From Candidatus Iainarchaeum sp. (GTDB lineage: Archaea > Iainarchaeota > Iainarchaeia > Iainarchaeales > JAFCCJ01): a DNA stretch of 16,939 nucleotides. The first letter of the stretch is position 1, and each line of letters begins with the position of its first letter. A program made the translations under genes and the position numbers. Shown piece after piece: positions 16,100-16,939 of this stretch. Below the pieces are notes generated by a model. That model saw nothing but the letters and a program-made list of their open reading frames with translations. It made no database searches and was not told the origin of the DNA. The stretch lies in NCBI GenBank assembly GCA_043816965.1, contig JBDRHK010000017.1, positions 1 through 16,939 on the forward strand, read 5' to 3'.

Positions 16100-16939
16100 T
16101 CAATCACCCATCTTTGCAAGTTCCTCAAAATAGTTTGGGAAGGATTTATTCACGCACTCAACATCCTTGATAATAATCCCTTCCTGCATCAGTCCTGCAA
16201 CTGCAAACGCCATTGCCATCCTGTGGTCGTTGTAGGTTTCAATACTTGCGCCGTTTTTAATTCCCCCGAAAACTGTTAGGGAATCATTCTCTTCAATTAC
16301 ATCAGCACCCAGTTTCCTCAGTTCGATGGCAGTTGCGGCTATCCTGTCAGTTTCCTTAATCCTGAGATGGGCAATGTTCCTTATTTTGGTTCTTCCACTT
16401 GCAAAGGCTGCGACAACCGCCAGCGTCTGCACAACATCAGGGTAATCAGACATGTCAACCTCAATTCCATTCAGTTTTCCCCCTTCCAGTTCAGCAAAAT
16501 TATCGCCAAAACGCACTTTGCAGCCCATTCTTTCCAATATGTCCAACAGGAATAAATCCCCCTGAACCGAGTGCGGGTTCAGATTTTTGACCTTTACCTT
16601 TCCGCCGGTGATTGCGGCAGCGGCAAAGAAATATGATGCATTTGTGTAATCCCCCTCAACATTGTAATCCCTTCCCTCATACTTTTGGCCTGCCTTAACC
16701 ACAAATCGTTCATAATTATGGTTCTCAACATCAATTCCGAAATCATTCATTGATTGGATTGTCATGTCAATAAACGGTTTTGAGCGCAGCTCCCCGATAA
16801 TTTCAAGTTCAACATCCTCCTTTGCATAGGGGGCGGCAACTAGAACTGAACTCAAAAATTGGGAGCTTTTGCTGCAGTCTATAATTGCCTTTCCGCCCGC
16901 AAGCGAAGGGCCTTTAGCCCTCAATGGTGGGCAGCCATT
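16100..16939 (-). CDS. aroA: EPSP synthase, 5' part outside the window
   Basis: SSQFLSS, SKPFIDMT, EGDYTNASYF, QGD, PD, LRIKETDRI, YNDHRMAM and VNKSFPNYF. The frame stays open to the window edge (NGCPPLRAKG...), so TTG 16924 is not the real start. Confidence 0.96.
   Translation of the reverse strand, partial: NGCPPLRAKGPSLAGGKAIIDCSKSSQFLSSVLVAAPYAKEDVELEIIGELRSKPFIDMTIQSMNDFGIDVENHNYERFVVKAGQKYEGRDYNVEGDYTNASYFFAAAAITGGKVKVKNLNPHSVQGDLFLLDILERMGCKVRFGDNFAELEGGKLNGIEVDMSDYPDVVQTLAVVAAFASGRTKIRNIAHLRIKETDRIAATAIELRKLGADVIEENDSLTVFGGIKNGASIETYNDHRMAMAFAVAGLMQEGIIIKDVECVNKSFPNYFEELAKMGD

Noticed and set aside
1..16939. RNA genes, CRISPR arrays, inteins, mobile elements, defence systems, stop-codon recoding
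   Set aside because: The largest intergenic gap is about 130 nt, proteins are of normal length with no insertions, TGA/TAA/TAG all terminate conserved genes at the expected places, and no such motifs were seen.

Overview
Gene-dense window of amino-acid and nucleotide biosynthesis genes in the standard genetic code (TGA is used as a stop). It is probably archaeal: GGTGA-type ribosome-binding sites sit 4 nt before several ATGs, and TTTT(T)AA TATA-like boxes occur in the intergenic gaps. A DPANN-type host is possible but is inference only. Plus strand: CPA2 (Kef-like) cation/H+ antiporter with a C-terminal RCK domain; Leptospira/Bacteroidetes-type citramalate synthase with an extra Lys/Ala/Pro-rich tail; carA, a TauE/SafE-like permease, a basic orphan and carB; and a membrane-anchored protein with a Pro-Glu repeat. 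Minus strand: a DUF1015 protein, and a tightly coupled operon aroA (partial)-aroK-aroB-aroD-aroE-aroC-tyrA. I see no rRNA, tRNA, CRISPR array, mobile element, intein or frameshift, and no clear-cut new system can be shown from sequence alone. The best leads are the two genes inserted between carA and carB, the histone-H1-like tail on CimA (which may double as an antisense terminator), a palindromic bidirectional promoter shared by DUF1015 and carA, and bacterial-type anabolic enzymes under archaeal-style signals.
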